A stretch of DNA of 63,461 nucleotides, the filler included, from Choristocarpus tenellus KU-1152 (taxonomy: Eukaryota; Protista; Phaeophyceae), in the NCBI GenBank assembly GCA_964200185.2. It is 11 parts of 11 records of this genome, joined end to end, with 100 filler letters (N's around TTAATTAATTAA, not from the genome) between each part and the next. Parts side by side here need not be neighbours in the genome. Positions count along the whole stretch, not along the records: positions 1 to 3,195 come from CAXNAD020021632.1; positions 3,296 to 22,274 come from CAXNAD020000502.1; 9 more parts are not named here. The stretch is one strand, 5' to 3'. Below are positions 1 to 13,400 of this stretch, piece by piece. The translations under genes were made by a program, and so were the position numbers. Within the stretch, counting starts at the first letter, position 1. Each line of letters opens with the position of its first letter. The notes beneath the pieces were generated by a model, which made no database searches, was not told the origin of the DNA, and saw only the letters and a list, made by a program, of their open reading frames with translations.

Positions 1-25
1 GGCGGGGGGGGGGGGCGGGGGGGGG

Positions 26-77
<52 letters not shown>

Positions 78-1998
78 AGGAGCCTGTGTGACAACTTGTG
101 TTTCTGTCTCTCCTGAGATGGGAGTTGGTGCTTGGGTAAGGTGTATAAATAGGGCAGTGATGCCATACTGTACTCAACCTGACGCATGAATGATTTGTTA
201 CTCGTGCCATGGTTGATGGGGTTGTGAACATATTTGAAGAGTAACATTCCCACCAATGTCCAATGTGAGGCGTTTGTTGTATGTATTGATCCAAAGGGAT
301 GCTTTTTACTATACGAGGTCACATAGTCCTTAGATATTATTGTCACCACAGTAGAGTGGTTATATAGTTGAAAAAAATATTTCAGATAGTAGTGCTGTTG
401 TTTTGCTTGTTTTTTTAGTTGGTTTTATTGTTCTCATTTCTCACCATATGTGATGGGCTAGGGTTGAAACTGGTGTTTTTAAGGGTTCAGAGATTTTATT
501 GTGGATGTTTGTTAAGGATGATGGAGAGTGGAATATCTGGCTTGAGCAGTCCAGGATGTTTATGTATATATATACACACGTGGAGAAATGCCACCCAGCA
601 GGATGCTTTTGGAAGGTGTTTTGTGTTGCATAATATTTACCTTTTGTAAGGCGTTTTCTGTCTCTGTGTTTGGTTGAGTTGCAGGTTGAACAGTTCACAT
701 GTACTACTTCATGGGGTACATATTCTATATAGTATTGAGAGAGCGATAGTGCGTACACCTCTATCCTTCAAAATGACAACAGTATTCTATTTGTTAATGT
801 ATGTATTATATATATATATATATCTGTGCCCAAAGTATGTGCCGTGGATGTTCTCTTGACGGGGAGCTATTTTCCTACTTGTATGCTCTTCCAAATTTGT
901 TTTGTTGAGTAAGAAAGCTTATATGTGCATATCTTTGCTCTCCACACTTTTGCCTCAAATACAATCAACTCTGCAGGGAAGCTGTGGCCAAGGACGTACA
1001 AGGTTAAGCTGCTGGCTTGAGAGACTGGCGTGATTTATCACTCATAGAAGGGAAAAGGACCTATCTGCAAATATTTGAAATGAGGCAATCCTCTGCGTCT
1101 TGTAGTGTTCTTTTGTGTTGCGACATCAGTAACATCAGTGAAACATGATGCCGTATGTTTTTGAAGTACCCTTTTGCAATATGGTGACTAGTTCGGGAAA
1201 TCTTCCATTTCCATGGAGTAGAAAATATGGGGTAGGCAGGGTGGTATTATATGAAGTCTGAGTGGCTCATGTTTGTGAACTATGCTAGTTGTAATGAACT
1301 GTTGACCGAAATCGGTATGTGTTTACTTCACTGGTTTCCACCATGAGTTAATTACATGTTGGATATCTGTATATTTTGTGGTAACACGTAATTATGGAAG
1401 AACTATTGCACAGGAGAGGAGATCTTCCGTTCTTTTTGATGTGAGGAAGAGAGTGCTTACTGTCAAAATCCCCTTTTTTTTTAATAGGACCTGGTGTAAA
1501 TGTTTTGTGAGGGTTACAAGATGTCCTTGATGTGCACTAATTTAATCAATTTCGGGATTGTTATCTATGATGACACTTCAAATGAAAAAGATCTTCGGTT
1601 TGAAGCCCCCTGTCATGCACTCACTTGGGACAGCACAGAGTAAAAGTGAGTGCGGAAATACTTCGATGACCTGGTGCCCACTGCCACTGGAGAAGGATTA
1701 GAGGTCTGGAACAGACTCATGGCCAAGAGACTTCTTGGTCACACTTCCGACTTTTCCAGACAACCGTGAAAGGGAAAATGGAACCTCCCGTGTAATCACT
1801 CCAGAACTAATATTTTTGTGTGTGTTTAGTTTAAATTTTTCAGCACAGTCCACGAATGCGCCCACACATTATCATTATCATTATTATCATTATCATTGTT
1901 AAATTCAGTGTCACGATGGGTCCATACACTCTGGAGACCTCTCATGAAAAAAAACAAACGATATTACACAATAATAGTAAAATAAGTACAACCGTCAT

Positions 1999-2720
1999 TC
2001 AGCAGGCAGTGGCGTGAGTAGGTGTGCCCTCGTCTGCCTTGTCTGGCTTAGCTTTTCTGCTTTTACGGCAGTGTACACCGGTTTTCACAGTTTCGATAAC
2101 ATTCCACTTGCGTTTGAAGTGCTTTGTCCCATCGACTGCATGCCTGGACCATCGGTGTTGGTGGTCCATTGCAAGTCTACTCCACCCCTCAAGCGTGATC
2201 TCGAACCTTTCACAGTTCGTCTCTGCAAGCATTTTTTTGTGCAATTACAGATACATTTACAGCATCCCACTACAACACACATCATCTCGGAGCATGGTAC
2301 ACACCCGCCAGTCCTTCTTACTCCCTCCCCCTTGTCCACCTTTGCTTCTTTACCTTCCATCTGCAAGTTGTTCCCCAGGCATCAAAACACCGGAAAAGGA
2401 GCAGTAGTGTCTAATGTGAGAGATACCGAAACGTTTGATGCGGATTTTGATGGATATGGATATGCCAACAACAAAAACAAAAATATACAGTTTTGTGTTG
2501 ATCCGACTTTTTTTTTTTCCAACCGAAAAAGGGTACAGAAGTAAAGTAGGGCAGGTCGAAGTAATAGCAAATGTCTTACGTACTCCACCGTATGATTTGA
2601 AACCGAATCCCAATGTACCATGGGAAATATAGAGCAAGTTTTGCTCGTAACAGTTGCTTCTAACCAGGGTTTTACCAAGAAGGGTCTGCTCTGCTAACAG
2701 CTTGCCCTCATTGTACATGC
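1999..2720 (-). mobile_element. Degenerate 3' end of a non-LTR (RTE-like) retrotransposon ORF
   Basis: Minus-strand fragments 'LYISHGTLGFGFKSYGGVRKT' and 'FEITLEGWSRLAMDHQHRWSRHAVDGTKHFKRKW' resemble the RTE C-terminal pattern (G.L..G.R..GG.RK ... W..lA.D...W...V..G...F). Broken frames. Confidence 0.4.
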
Positions 2721-3195
2721 TGCGTGTATGTTACAGAGGTGATTCAACAAAGGTTGACATTTTTTTTTGTTTGCTGGTGTTGTGGGGAGGAAGTGATGTA
2801 CTCCCGAGTACTAGGTAGTTATTAACTTTTCATTAGTGCTTCTTTTCTTTTCTGAAGGTAGAGAGTGTGTCACATGAAATATATATATATATATATATAT
2901 ATACGTATTGTTTTTGAAATCTAACATTAGCCTAATCTTCTCAGGCCCATGGTTAGGGTTGGAAAAAGAGGCGACATGCAATAGTGAGGGGTAGGTAAAA
3001 CTGAGGAAGCCATCAAAAAGAGTGGAGAAAAAAGAAAAACCTCAACCAGGTGTATCAAAGTAGCTCCAGTCGACACCAGCACCAGCGAGTACCAACACTG
3101 AATCCGTCCCCCCCCCCCCCTTTGAACACTCAAAGATCCAATGCAGCCTCTAAAAATAATTTAGAAAAAAAATAGAAAAAATTTGTAGTCCATAT

Positions 3196-3295
3196 NNNNN
3201 NNNNNNNNNNNNNNNNNNNNNNNNNNNNNNNNNNNNNNNTTAATTAATTAANNNNNNNNNNNNNNNNNNNNNNNNNNNNNNNNNNNNNNNNNNNN
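3196..3295. other. Artificial contig-joining spacer (N44 + TTAATTAATTAA + N44)
   Basis: Identical 100-bp spacers at 3196-3295, 22275-22374, 24896-24995, 29900-29999, 33998-34097, 43063-43162, 45990-46089, 51143-51242, 57945-58044 and 60781-60880. The 12-mer puts stop codons in all six frames. Confidence 0.97.
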
Positions 3296-3389
3296 AATGC
3301 CTACAAAGGCTTCCTTTAACGGCCATACCCCCCCTGTTTCTTTCTTAGGTGTAACCTCCCATCTTTAACAGTAGCCTTTTTTTTCACAC

Positions 3390-3533
3390 CATTATCCCAT
3401 ATTTGTACACAGGGTGTTGTAGGAGGTATAGTTATTCATTTCCCTACCCCCTTGTTTATATTAGTGTACCCTTCTTTATTCGCATATTTTTGTTATGTTC
3501 TCGTCCAGTCCATTTTTCTTCCAACTGTTGCAA

Positions 3534-3564
<31 letters not shown>

Positions 3565-3960
3565 CTTTTAACATACATCTACTGCCAATCCCCAGTTCTT
3601 ACTTTCGAGACGTTCACCCCACCTTAGATTCCCACCTACTGCCTGTCCATCCAGGACTCTGCCATTATCTGTACTTAATCTCGTAGCTGCGACTCAACCT
3701 AGAATCTCCACCTACCCTGTGGCCTCATTCGGTACTCTGGAATCCTATGTAGGTTTTCTTATTTGTTTTGTTTTCTATGCCACGTTATTTCCCAGTTTGT
3801 AGCTATAACCCATAAATTCTATGGCCTTCCTGTCCATCTAGACCTCCATCTATTAAAATGGTTATCTTCAATCTTTGATCTTCAACTTGTTCATACACTG
3901 GTATTTGATATCCTGAGTATATCAACAATATAAGATGTCAAGAACATGATTTCTATTTTT
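3390..3960 (-). repeat. Dispersed degenerate repeat (probable retroelement relic); second copy at ~62940-63170 in opposite orientation
   Basis: The reverse complement of 3720-3810 (tagctacaaactgggaaataacgtggcatagaaaacaaaacaaataagaaaacctacataggattccagagtaccgaatgagg) aligns by eye with 62977-63058 (tagctacaagttgggacataccgtgatataaaaacaaaaaaataagaaaacctgcatagatatttcagagtaatgaatgagg). Similarity continues on the flanks. Confidence 0.6.
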
Positions 3961-4399
3961 GTTTAAAAGTAGGTTCTGTAAGAAACAATTAGATGATGGA
4001 AGAGAATATCTTTGTATTGTGAAGATTAGGAGATAACCTACAGATTAATGAACTAAAATATGGAAGAGTTCAGGAATAGGAAAAATTGTAGCAAGTAAAT
4101 TGCGATTAGTGATTAGTCATCCAAGGAATAGGATTGGTTTGTTGGCAAACCCTCCCCCCCCCTTAGGGTTGAAGGCCCACTACTCCTTTCTCCTTCCTTA
4201 CTTCATCTACAACCTGTCCAACCCAATAAGGAATTAAGAAAGTAATTTATATGCACCAGTCTTGGGAAACATCAGCTTCTTCAACATGCCAGGTAGCATT
4301 ACTTATTGAAGTGTGCTAAGTTTTCAAGGTTAGCATGAATTGATTAGAGGAGGAATCCCGATGGAGGCGGCCATCAGTAACAGCAGATGTGCTTTGAAG

Positions 4400-5660
4400 A
4401 AGTCCTGAGTATAGAGGAAGGACATCAGCAACTTTAGTTGAAGATGGTGTGGAGGAAGTTGAGTCTAACTTCAAGGATGAAGATGAGGAGGCGGTTAGCA
4501 AAACCGTGCACATTGCAAGATAGGGTCTGCAACGACTCATCCCACTCCCTACGAAGTTCGTGGTGTACAACAATGATGATGATGGAGAGGGATATTCTAC
4601 CTACGACTCATCCCACTCCCTGCGAAGTTCATGGTGTACAAGATGATGATGATGGGGAAGGATATCCTACTTTGGAGATAAACTTCCTTTTGTGTGCTTT
4701 TATGAGCGGATGAAAGGATATTCTTTTCACCCAGGACAATGTAAGAGTGAGCTGCGCCAATTTTGATGAAACAGGATGAATTAAGAGAGGAGCCCAAGAA
4801 GTCAGTAGTATGGCTATGGCGACTTTGGTCATGGGCTTAGGTGGACTTGCACAATACATTGCTGACAATTATGAGAGTCCATCAGATGCGTTTGAGGCAC
4901 CTAGGAATCATTTTCCTCGCAACAGGATTACGGAAAGAGCTATTTTGTATTACAAGCTAAATTCTCTTCATCCACCTGTGGGAGAAGATCTGACCTTATC
5001 ATTAAGTAGTTGGACAAGCTGGTGAAGAAGATGAGGTCGATTAATGATGAGCCTAGCACGGAGGTCCAGTAAAGCACAATACACAATGTATTGCCTTGAT
5101 GAGGAGTACTTTGTCGGGATCAGACAGATTACTGGAGAAGGGGCGTGCAGTTAGACCCAATCTACAAGAGAGAGAGCTTGCGAAGCGTATCGGATGTGTA
5201 AACATCAACAAGAAATAGACGAATGGATAGCAATTATGGGGCACTTGATAATGGATGGAGCCTGTGCAAGAGGTGGAACTACAGGGTGTTGAAAGGGTCG
5301 ATAAGTGGGACATGTGGAGTGCTGGTTGTGTTTAGGACTGCACTTTCAATCTTCTTGCCCTTCTGCTGTTTACTCACATTCCAGATCTCACGTAGGTGTT
5401 TGCCGTGTTTGCTGAGGGAAAGGGTCCAAGGCTTACAGCTGCCCTCAACATGATGGGGCTGTTGGGTTGAATGGGCAAGGATCAAGTAAATCTGGAGCAA
5501 CCACTCCAGAAAAGAGGAAAAGCAGGAAAGGAAATGGGAGAGGTGACAGTAAAAATGCTGGTGAGATTGGAGAAGGAGGAAGCATAGCCAATGGTACACC
5601 TTTGCAGTTTGGCAAATTATCATCGGTAGGAGATGATGGGAATACATCTAGTTCGCGCTG
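4400..5660 (+). mobile_element. Degenerate LTR-retrotransposon gag (copia-like) with decayed zinc knuckle
   Basis: 'MATLVMGLGGLAQYIADNYESPSDAFEAPRNHFPRNRITERAILYYKLNSLHPPVGEDL' fits the copia gag (UBN2-like) helical pattern. 'CRVC*GKGSKAYSCP' at ~5401-5445 is a decayed CX2CX4HX4C. Stops and frameshifts throughout. Internal 71-bp duplication at ~4532-4670. Confidence 0.6.
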
Positions 5661-5709
5661 GGGGGCATGTTACAGGCAATTATCGTGTCTACTTCCGCGC
5701 TCTAACCAG

Positions 5710-6220
5710 TGTGAGCAGTCTTGCTATGACACTCCCTATTTTTTTGTTATTGTTAGATATCTTTGTCTATATTTCTACTGCAAATTTCTATGTGAAAGTG
5801 AGACACGTTTGTATCTTGTATTTATTTGTGTTTATAATTCTGAAAGGAGAGAATCTTTCTATGACACAACCCTATTTGAATGTTATGGTGGTTTTGTGTC
5901 TGCATTCATCTATCTTGATAGTTGTGAAAGGGGAATGTCTTACATGACACTTACCTGTTTTTATGTTATTGTAAGACATTGCCTTTGTACATATCTTCAG
6001 AGTTCCTAGAGAGGGTAAGCCTTTCTATGACAACACCTTATTTCTCTTTGACTGTGAGATATTATTTTAGTGTCCTGTAGCTGTTTGTGCTTTAGTTCTG
6101 AAGGAGGGGAGTCTATCGAAGTACCCTAATTCAGTGTTATTGTGTATTGCGTCTATATTTCCCTTTGTTCCATGGTTTTGAAAGAGGGAGTCCTTTTAAG
6201 ACAATACCCTAGTTTGGAAC
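5710..6220 (+). repeat. Degenerate tandem repeat, about 6 units, mostly 80-90 bp
   Basis: Recurring core GAAAGRGGG-n-TCTTTCTATGACAC-n-CCCTATTT-n-TGTTATTG at ~5712, 5841, 5925, 6008, 6099 and 6180. Confidence 0.7.
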
Positions 6221-6689
6221 GAGTGTGACTCTGGTATAGGAGGTTAAAACATAGGCTACTCATTTGTTTCCTGCCGATATGATACACATACTACCAGCTT
6301 GTACTGACTGTTGATTGGTGCACTGCACTGGTTGTTAGTGTTCATTTATATATTACGCATTCCAACTCATCATCACATCGATGACAGTAAATAGAAGCAT
6401 AGCATCAGTTGATATTCAGTTGGTCCACATCACATACAGGAACATCATAGCACACGTCATCCAAGTCACTTCGGAACTTGCATCAAGTGCGTTCCACTGT
6501 TACCTTGTGTTCCCCTTTCTATTTTGTTATTGTTGTCATCTCTGTTCTTCCTTTTTATATGACAAAACCCCAGATGCACGGTAATTGTTGTTTATCATTT
6601 TATTGATTGTCGATGTCCCCTCACTGAGCACCTCAATGCCACTCTGCAAACTGTGTATCAAACACACACACATGGATGTAATATAATCA

Positions 6690-7230
6690 GAGTTAAAACC
6701 ATCTGCGGAAACCCTTGCCAGTCAAGGTAACAAGCCTCTCCACAGAGCATGAACTTCTTTCGTTGTCTTCTACGAGCTTCGCAGTCCAGATACAGCCTTG
6801 TGGATTGGAGTTACACATCCCAACATGGTAAGCTTGTGGAGCGTTTTGTAACACAATGTATGATTCGATAATAGCCTGCGCATTGACCTCTGGTTCAGGG
6901 AATACCTGACCAAGGAAACGCGCGTCAAGGGCACCCCTATCGCGTTCAGTTGTACCACATGAAAAGACAGCTCCCAGAAACATTTCAGAGTCTTAGAAAT
7001 ATCCCCCTCAATACACAACCAGGGTTTCTTGTTACGCCTTCATAGGTCGTAAGGCCCTCTCCAATAAGGGCACTTGAGTTTTGAGTGTTGAGTTCAGAGC
7101 ATCCACAGATGAGCAGATGTTCGTGGCTTGGGAAGCCACACATAATCCCCCAACATAAACATTGTAGAAGTAGTAGGAGATTATGAGTGACTGAATCGGA
7201 TTCATTTTTCAATGGCATTTCACCTGTTGC
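6690..7230 (-). mobile_element. Second degenerate gag-like relic (LTR retrotransposon)
   Basis: 'EGDISKTLKCFWELSFHVVQLNAIGVPLTRVSLVRYSL' resembles the copia gag G.d...fl..f..l..qL.aiG.pi motif. Broken reading frames. Confidence 0.35.
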
Positions 7231-8891
7231 TTGAGTTCATACACTATTAAAATACAGCAGTTGAGGTACTATTTTATGGTTTGCTTGTGCCAAGCCAAAA
7301 AACAGACCTTATTGACTGACATGCCTTACTGAGGAAAGCCAGGTTAAGTCATGAGCCAACATTTGGGGTCTGAAATGCCTTAAATGGACTTCTTTTTAAA
7401 AAATGCCTGTAACGGCTCAAAAAATGTTCTTAAAAATAGTGTTATACACATGTGTACAGCTTGGATTTTTCAGTAAGGAGTCACGTTGTGTCCTTGCAAT
7501 ATTATGCATGATTCATCTGATCCCAGCGAGAAAAACAAAAGTCGGTAATGATTAGTTCATCGGAAATAATGATGTACCCCATCTAAGGATGGGGTAGAGT
7601 CACTATTTGGACAGCAGTTACACGGCACAAACACTGTAGATAGTAACACAGTCATACCACAATAAACACTCTGGATGCCATGGTTTTCTAACCACCTTCT
7701 CGTTGCCCTCCTGACTTGCAAGACAGACTTTCTAAAATGAAACAAGAAATGGCGATTCTTTCAGCAGAGATACACAATTATATGAACAGCCTTTGTTCTA
7801 TGTGTTCAAAGCACCAAGGTTTTGGAACCTTGTTGTGTGCCCAAGACCTTGTCTCCGAACATCAATTACTTCACAAACCTCGAGATGTGCCCACATTCCG
7901 TGGCAAGTTGGCTGAAATATCAGTGGGAGGACTTAGGCTGCTGACAGTGCCACCATCAAGAAAACAGTGTGCGGTTAGCGGGTTGGCGGATACTTCAACC
8001 TTCTTGAAAGCATCCACTTTAGACACCTTGGGGACGTGTGGCACATAAAAACACAGAACAGTGCTATCTAGTGTCCTTGTTGACCATCATCTAACCAAGA
8101 AAATTAAGGACAGGTTCATGGCTACGAGTAGTGAGTACCTCAAGGTGGAAATGCTGGGAATGGTACCTATAGTTCTAGACCAGAACATTGTTGTGTAGGT
8201 GGATCATCGGGAGTAAAGCTGATTGAACATGCAATCTGGCACAGCATTCTAGGAATTCTACTTCATGTTCCTTGGAGGTGGGTTATCTCAGGCGATATAT
8301 GCATACTCCAATGTCACAACCAATGGGTAGTACAGCACTACTACACACTACCAGAGTACATCAAATGAAAGAATAAAAAACATGTGCAAAACTGAGGCAG
8401 TAGACAAGTGACAGTATCTGCGCATCTATGTTGGGATGGGACAGGCACACAATTAGAACTTACACAACATTTACGAGCCTTGGACGACTTGTAACAATAA
8501 TTTGGTTGTGCATGATGCCATGACTTTAGGATCAGATGGTTTGTAAATTGTCCTACAGATCTTAAAAAAACCTCTACTTAGCACGTAAGCTGTCCAACAA
8601 CACATGTATCAAGATGCTGCATTGGGAATGTTGCCCTTAGTTGTATCTACCGCTCAACCTAGACCATCAACATCTGTCACTGGTCAAAGGGTTCCACAGA
8701 CTGTCCACTATCTCAATGAAGCATTAATAATAAATGCTAAGTAACAAAAAGCAATTATCTCATCATCTAATACAAAGAAATACAAAGAAAAAGAATGGAG
8801 GAGCAATTTTTTCAGCAAGGTCTCTGTGAATGGTAATGGAGGAGAGCAAGGTGTTCCTCAAGCGTAAACAAAAATAAATGAAATGGAAATT

Positions 8892-10458
8892 TTATCGAGG
8901 TCTGGACTCATCTTGTAGCAGAGTCAGAATCTTGCTGAATGGAGGTCGATCACCTGGCCAGCTTGCCCAACACGACTGCATCAACTGGTGCAGAAGACTA
9001 GGGGCGTTGTCGGGGATGTCAGGGCGCCCCCCACTGCAAACCTCCAGAAGGACATCCATCGGCCTCCCCACATCTGCCCAAGGCAACTTTCTGGTCACAA
9101 TTTCCCAAACAACAATGCCAAAGCTGTATACGTCACTCTCCAAACGTATCCTTTCCTGATTCAAAACCTCTGGAGCTGACCACTTGAGAGTCAGGCCAGG
9201 CTTGTGCAAGGTGGCTAGGGTGGTGTACTCCTCAACCGTCCGTACCGTGCCAAAGTCAGCAATCTAGAAAGTATAGGTATTAGAGGGTGGGAATTGCAAG
9301 TTGAAGATTGGGGAGGGGCCGATCCACCGCATGCAAAGTACAATATCCCAGCGGAAGTAATTCTAAAGATAATTTCGTGAACACATGTGGAGACAACTGC
9401 AGATGTGTAGCAGGTTCTGGAATGAATCGAGGTTGACCAAATAGTTTCCATTTAACACACTTCGAAATCCTTGATACAGGACGAACAGAAAAGCTATTGC
9501 CCTCTTGGGAAGACACAGTTTATAGTACATCTTGGAACAATATAGGGTGTGTGCTTGTCCCTCACTCATTCTTCTTCCTCACTCGTCATCTCACTCAGGC
9601 TCGACATAACATATTTGATGTCTTCCACTTTGACTGGTCATAGTGCTGACTCATGTAAGTACAGAACCAACTCTATTATATGGGCACCATTGATTGTTCT
9701 AGAGGTGATTACGATATTTCGTGGTGGGAGCAATATGTTATTTCCTTACTTAGAATGGCCTCCATATGAGCAATGAAATAATCTACAAGTTCTTCAAGAA
9801 GTGGAACCAATACTACCATTCAAAAAGGAGGCAATGGAGAGGTACTGCTTTGAACACTCTTACACAGAACCCCAATCAAGTCCACCACTTCACCTCATGC
9901 ACTACAACTTGAACACTTTCAATATACACACACCTTAGCTTGGTTCTTGTTGTTCAGGAGAATGTTGGCAGACTTGAGGTCCCCATGAATCATCCCCTTC
10001 GAGTGAAGGTACTCCATCCCCAATGCAATATCCAAAGTCAGAGTGTGAGAAAAGTGCTCCTCGAGTGGTGCACTGTCTTTGCTCAGCAATGACCTTAGGT
10101 CTCCCCCCTCCATAAACTCCATGAGAAGTACAAGCCTTCCTGGCGATTTTGTAATGGCACCATACACATTGACGGTGTATTCAGACCGAAGGAGTACCAT
10201 GACATGTAGCTCCTTTGCAAAAGTCGTCTTCAGGCGTTCAGCAGCTGGTGCATTGTTGTCCAGGTCATTGAAATCCACTACCTTTGCCGCAGCCAGATGT
10301 CCATTGTATTCCACGAGCTCCACTGTGCCGAATCCTCCCTTGCCTAGCTTGGCCACATCTGGGAAGAATGTTACCTGATCCTCTGGCACCTCATGCTGCT
10401 GCAGCATTGCTGCCCTTCTACGCTTCCTTTGAGCAGCCTTGCGTTGGAGCTCTTGGGA
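8892..10458 (-). CDS. Exons 5-6 of the receptor kinase: TKL-type protein kinase domain
   Basis: Exon 9934-10458 carries GKGGFG...HGDLKSANILL...QAK. Exon 8892-9263 carries IADFG...TLKWSAPE...SDVYSFG...WASWPGDRPPF. The intron between them is phase 0, GT-AG. Confidence 0.93.
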
Positions 10459-13400
10459 CTGGGTTTGAGGGAGCGACAGTGGGGGGCATAGAGTGTGAAT
10501 AGAAAGGCAATGCAGAATTGAGCATATTGTTTCAACTGTTTTGAACTGTGTTCTCTGCACACCCAAAATCTTGGTCTTGTGCTTAGCACAAATCGTTCAA
10601 GAGAGAGAAACATCAGGGGCTTTACACTTGCCGGGGTAACTGTCACAGACCAGGGCCATGAAATGCCTCGGTAAGAGCGTTTTTTAAGGCTTAACCAATG
10701 CCGTAGGGATTTTAGGTGGGTCAGTCCATGAACTGAGTCTATAAAATCATATGCTAAGTAAAAAAAGGGTCGAGTCAGGGCCTTCAGGGGTTACTACCTG
10801 GCTGGCCAGCAGGCCAGCTCCCGAAAGATATACTACATAGTACATGGAAGGACCAGGATGGACGGTTCACACATGAATTGTAAATTTCAACCTTCGAAGC
10901 AAATAATTTGTAGCTTAATGTCACCAACATATTTACAATTTCTTAAGTAATAAACGCAATATAGATGAAACAACAGGAGTAATCCATTCACTGAAAAGAC
11001 TGGTCTGGGACATCAAATGCATTTAATGGTACAAGCCTGGGTGAAATGTTATTTACCCGTGCCAGGTCAGAGAATGAGAAACATTTGAAAGCCAGTCCAG
11101 GAGTCATCAGTAATACTACAGGGTCAGGCCTGCCCAGTCAACTGGTGGTCTGGTGTAAGACCCTCGAAATATCACTATGTTGATCTCTCTACAGTTATAG
11201 TATTTCGAACAATGTACTCAATGCATACAATGACCCAAGTGCGACAAGATGGGTTAAGACATGTAGCATTTACCACTACGCAGTGGAAGATGTGATCAAT
11301 ACTTAGAAATCCAAGCGCAACACACACAAAACGTAATATACACAAAGTAGGATACCTAAGGAGGCAATTTTGAAGGTTTAGAATGCACACTACTCCCAAG
11401 AAGAATGTATCACAACATCTTGATATGCACCACATTCCATACAAGTTTCTGCGTACTATTGAGCTTGTCCCATGTAGCTCAGGTGGTCGTCCGCTCACAT
11501 TCCGTGACAGGGGTGCTTGGGTTTGTACCCCCATTACAGATTTCAGATATTCTTCGGAGGATATTTGATGGTAATGGACCACGTGGAAAAGTGCATCGGG
11601 AAGGTGCACCTTGACCCTTGCTAACTTGAGTTAAGTCATACTAAGGGACGCGCAGAAATATCTGTATCGCGGTGGCAAAGATTCATTGCAGATGGAGGGA
11701 GTATGCACCAGATTTGAGGGAGGAGGCAGAGTGGCGAGAAAGATTAAGGCTTTCACTAAGCAGTGCAAATAGTGTAGTGCAATGGGTAGTTTGTAGGGTA
11801 GAAGTAATAGTACAATGTGCACTGTTATTTGACTACGGGTCAGGGGGCCAGGTAGGGTGGAGGTAATGGGGAGTTCCAGGCTACCAGTAAGCATATTGAA
11901 ATAATAAATAGTAATGGTAATAGTAATAATAGTAATGATCCTGCAAAAAAGATCAAATAGTATTTGCCACAAGAACACAAACTTCAGTTCAGTAGAAACG
12001 AGTATATATTCTATCTCATGCCTGGACAAGGCTATCCACAGCAGTGGACGTCTTCCTAGCAACGTTCAGGGCCTCAAGCGCCATTCCAGTCTGCAGTCGC
12101 TGGAGAGTATCTCGGAGGGCTTCCTCTGCCTCCGCTTGACGCCTCTTGAAAAGGGTTGACGAGAACATGCGACCCATTGTGCCCTTGGCTAGAAAGCACT
12201 GCACGATCTGTGCAAGAGAAACAAAGGGAGGGTTACATTTTGGGTTTGTGATCTACGATGGTTCCATGTGCTTACATGTTCACAGGATGAGGGTATGAAC
12301 TCAGCCAAGAAATGAGGGTAGGGAAGCATTCCATTCCACGCAGCCTTCAAATACTAGGGGAGATGGACAGTTACTACAAGAGTGGGTAAGGCTAGAGGCA
12401 CAACCTGAGAATATTGGAAGAGTGAAAGAGTGGTTCAGAAAGGAGGTGCAAAGGATGGATGCTACATATTAATTTCAGATATCTAGATAGTCTTGCGGTT
12501 CCATTCCGTGGCTTGATGATCAAATGGTGGTATCGCTTGGTGTATGCGTTTTGTCCTGCAATGATATAGTCAGTTCGAAGCTCAAGACAAGAAACTGACA
12601 GATGCAAGTAAGAAGAATGGATAATAGGAGAAAGTTGGTAAATACAACCGAAACGACACCTGCACCAAGCATTCCCCTCAAAGTAAGAAACTACTGTGCA
12701 CCTCAACACGATCTAGTCTCACTACAGTAATCGATGTTTTCGGGACTATTTATAAAGCAGAGGACTTCGTAGACAATACATATGTACTGCACAAGGTATG
12801 GTTTGCAGTAGAACGCAGCAAAAAGTGTGTTAGATATTTTGAGGCATGATACTTGTGTGCATTGACCAACTAATCCACTGTATGGTGGGCGACAAATTTC
12901 CAACACAAACATAGTTGAAACATGCTTTTAGACGATGCATTGTGTGACACACACATTAGAATACAAAATGTACAAGGTAACAAAGGGGTACACGTAAGGG
13001 TCACCCCACTGAAACGCAAATTCAGTCTTCCTTGCCACTTAAGAGAAAGAGGATAGTGTGAGGTTTTCAATATGTCAGTACTAAACACTCTCCTTGCTCA
13101 TCAATTGCAGGGTGAGAAATTGCAAACATACTTCGTAGTGGTTATATGAAACAATTGTTCAGCATTCTATCCCAACAATCTCTGAGCACAAAAATCTGAA
13201 TCGCAGTTATAAAAGAGGATTGCAAATGTTGGTATAATGGTATCAATAGCTTATGCATCTGGGGTTGTCCCGTCATAATGTTTGATGTAGACATAGGATT
13301 TAAAAAATAAAAGCATATTCGTGATGCCCGTCACAATGCCCTCCAGAGTTCGGGCTTCGTTTTTGTTTTTAGTCATTTTTTTCTTTTTTTGAAGAAAGAG

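Noticed and set aside
1-75. Poly-G / poly-C tracts (also 24826-24895 and 38048-38210) and the poly-Pro/Gly ORFs they create
   Set aside because: Low-complexity homopolymers at contig ends or low-quality sequence; no coding support.
3240-3251. Recurrent TTAATTAATTAA palindrome
   Set aside because: Always centred in N-runs; an assembly linker, not biology.
4140-4287. Possible 5' LTR (TGTT...AACA) ahead of the gag relic
   Set aside because: No matching 3' copy and no clear primer-binding site.
5710-6220. CRISPR-like repeat/spacer appearance
   Set aside because: Repeats are degenerate, the intervening segments are related to each other, there are no cas genes, and the context is eukaryotic.
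7500-8050. ORF-like fragments downstream of the kinase
   Set aside because: No recognisable motif or consistent splice model; probably decayed TE.
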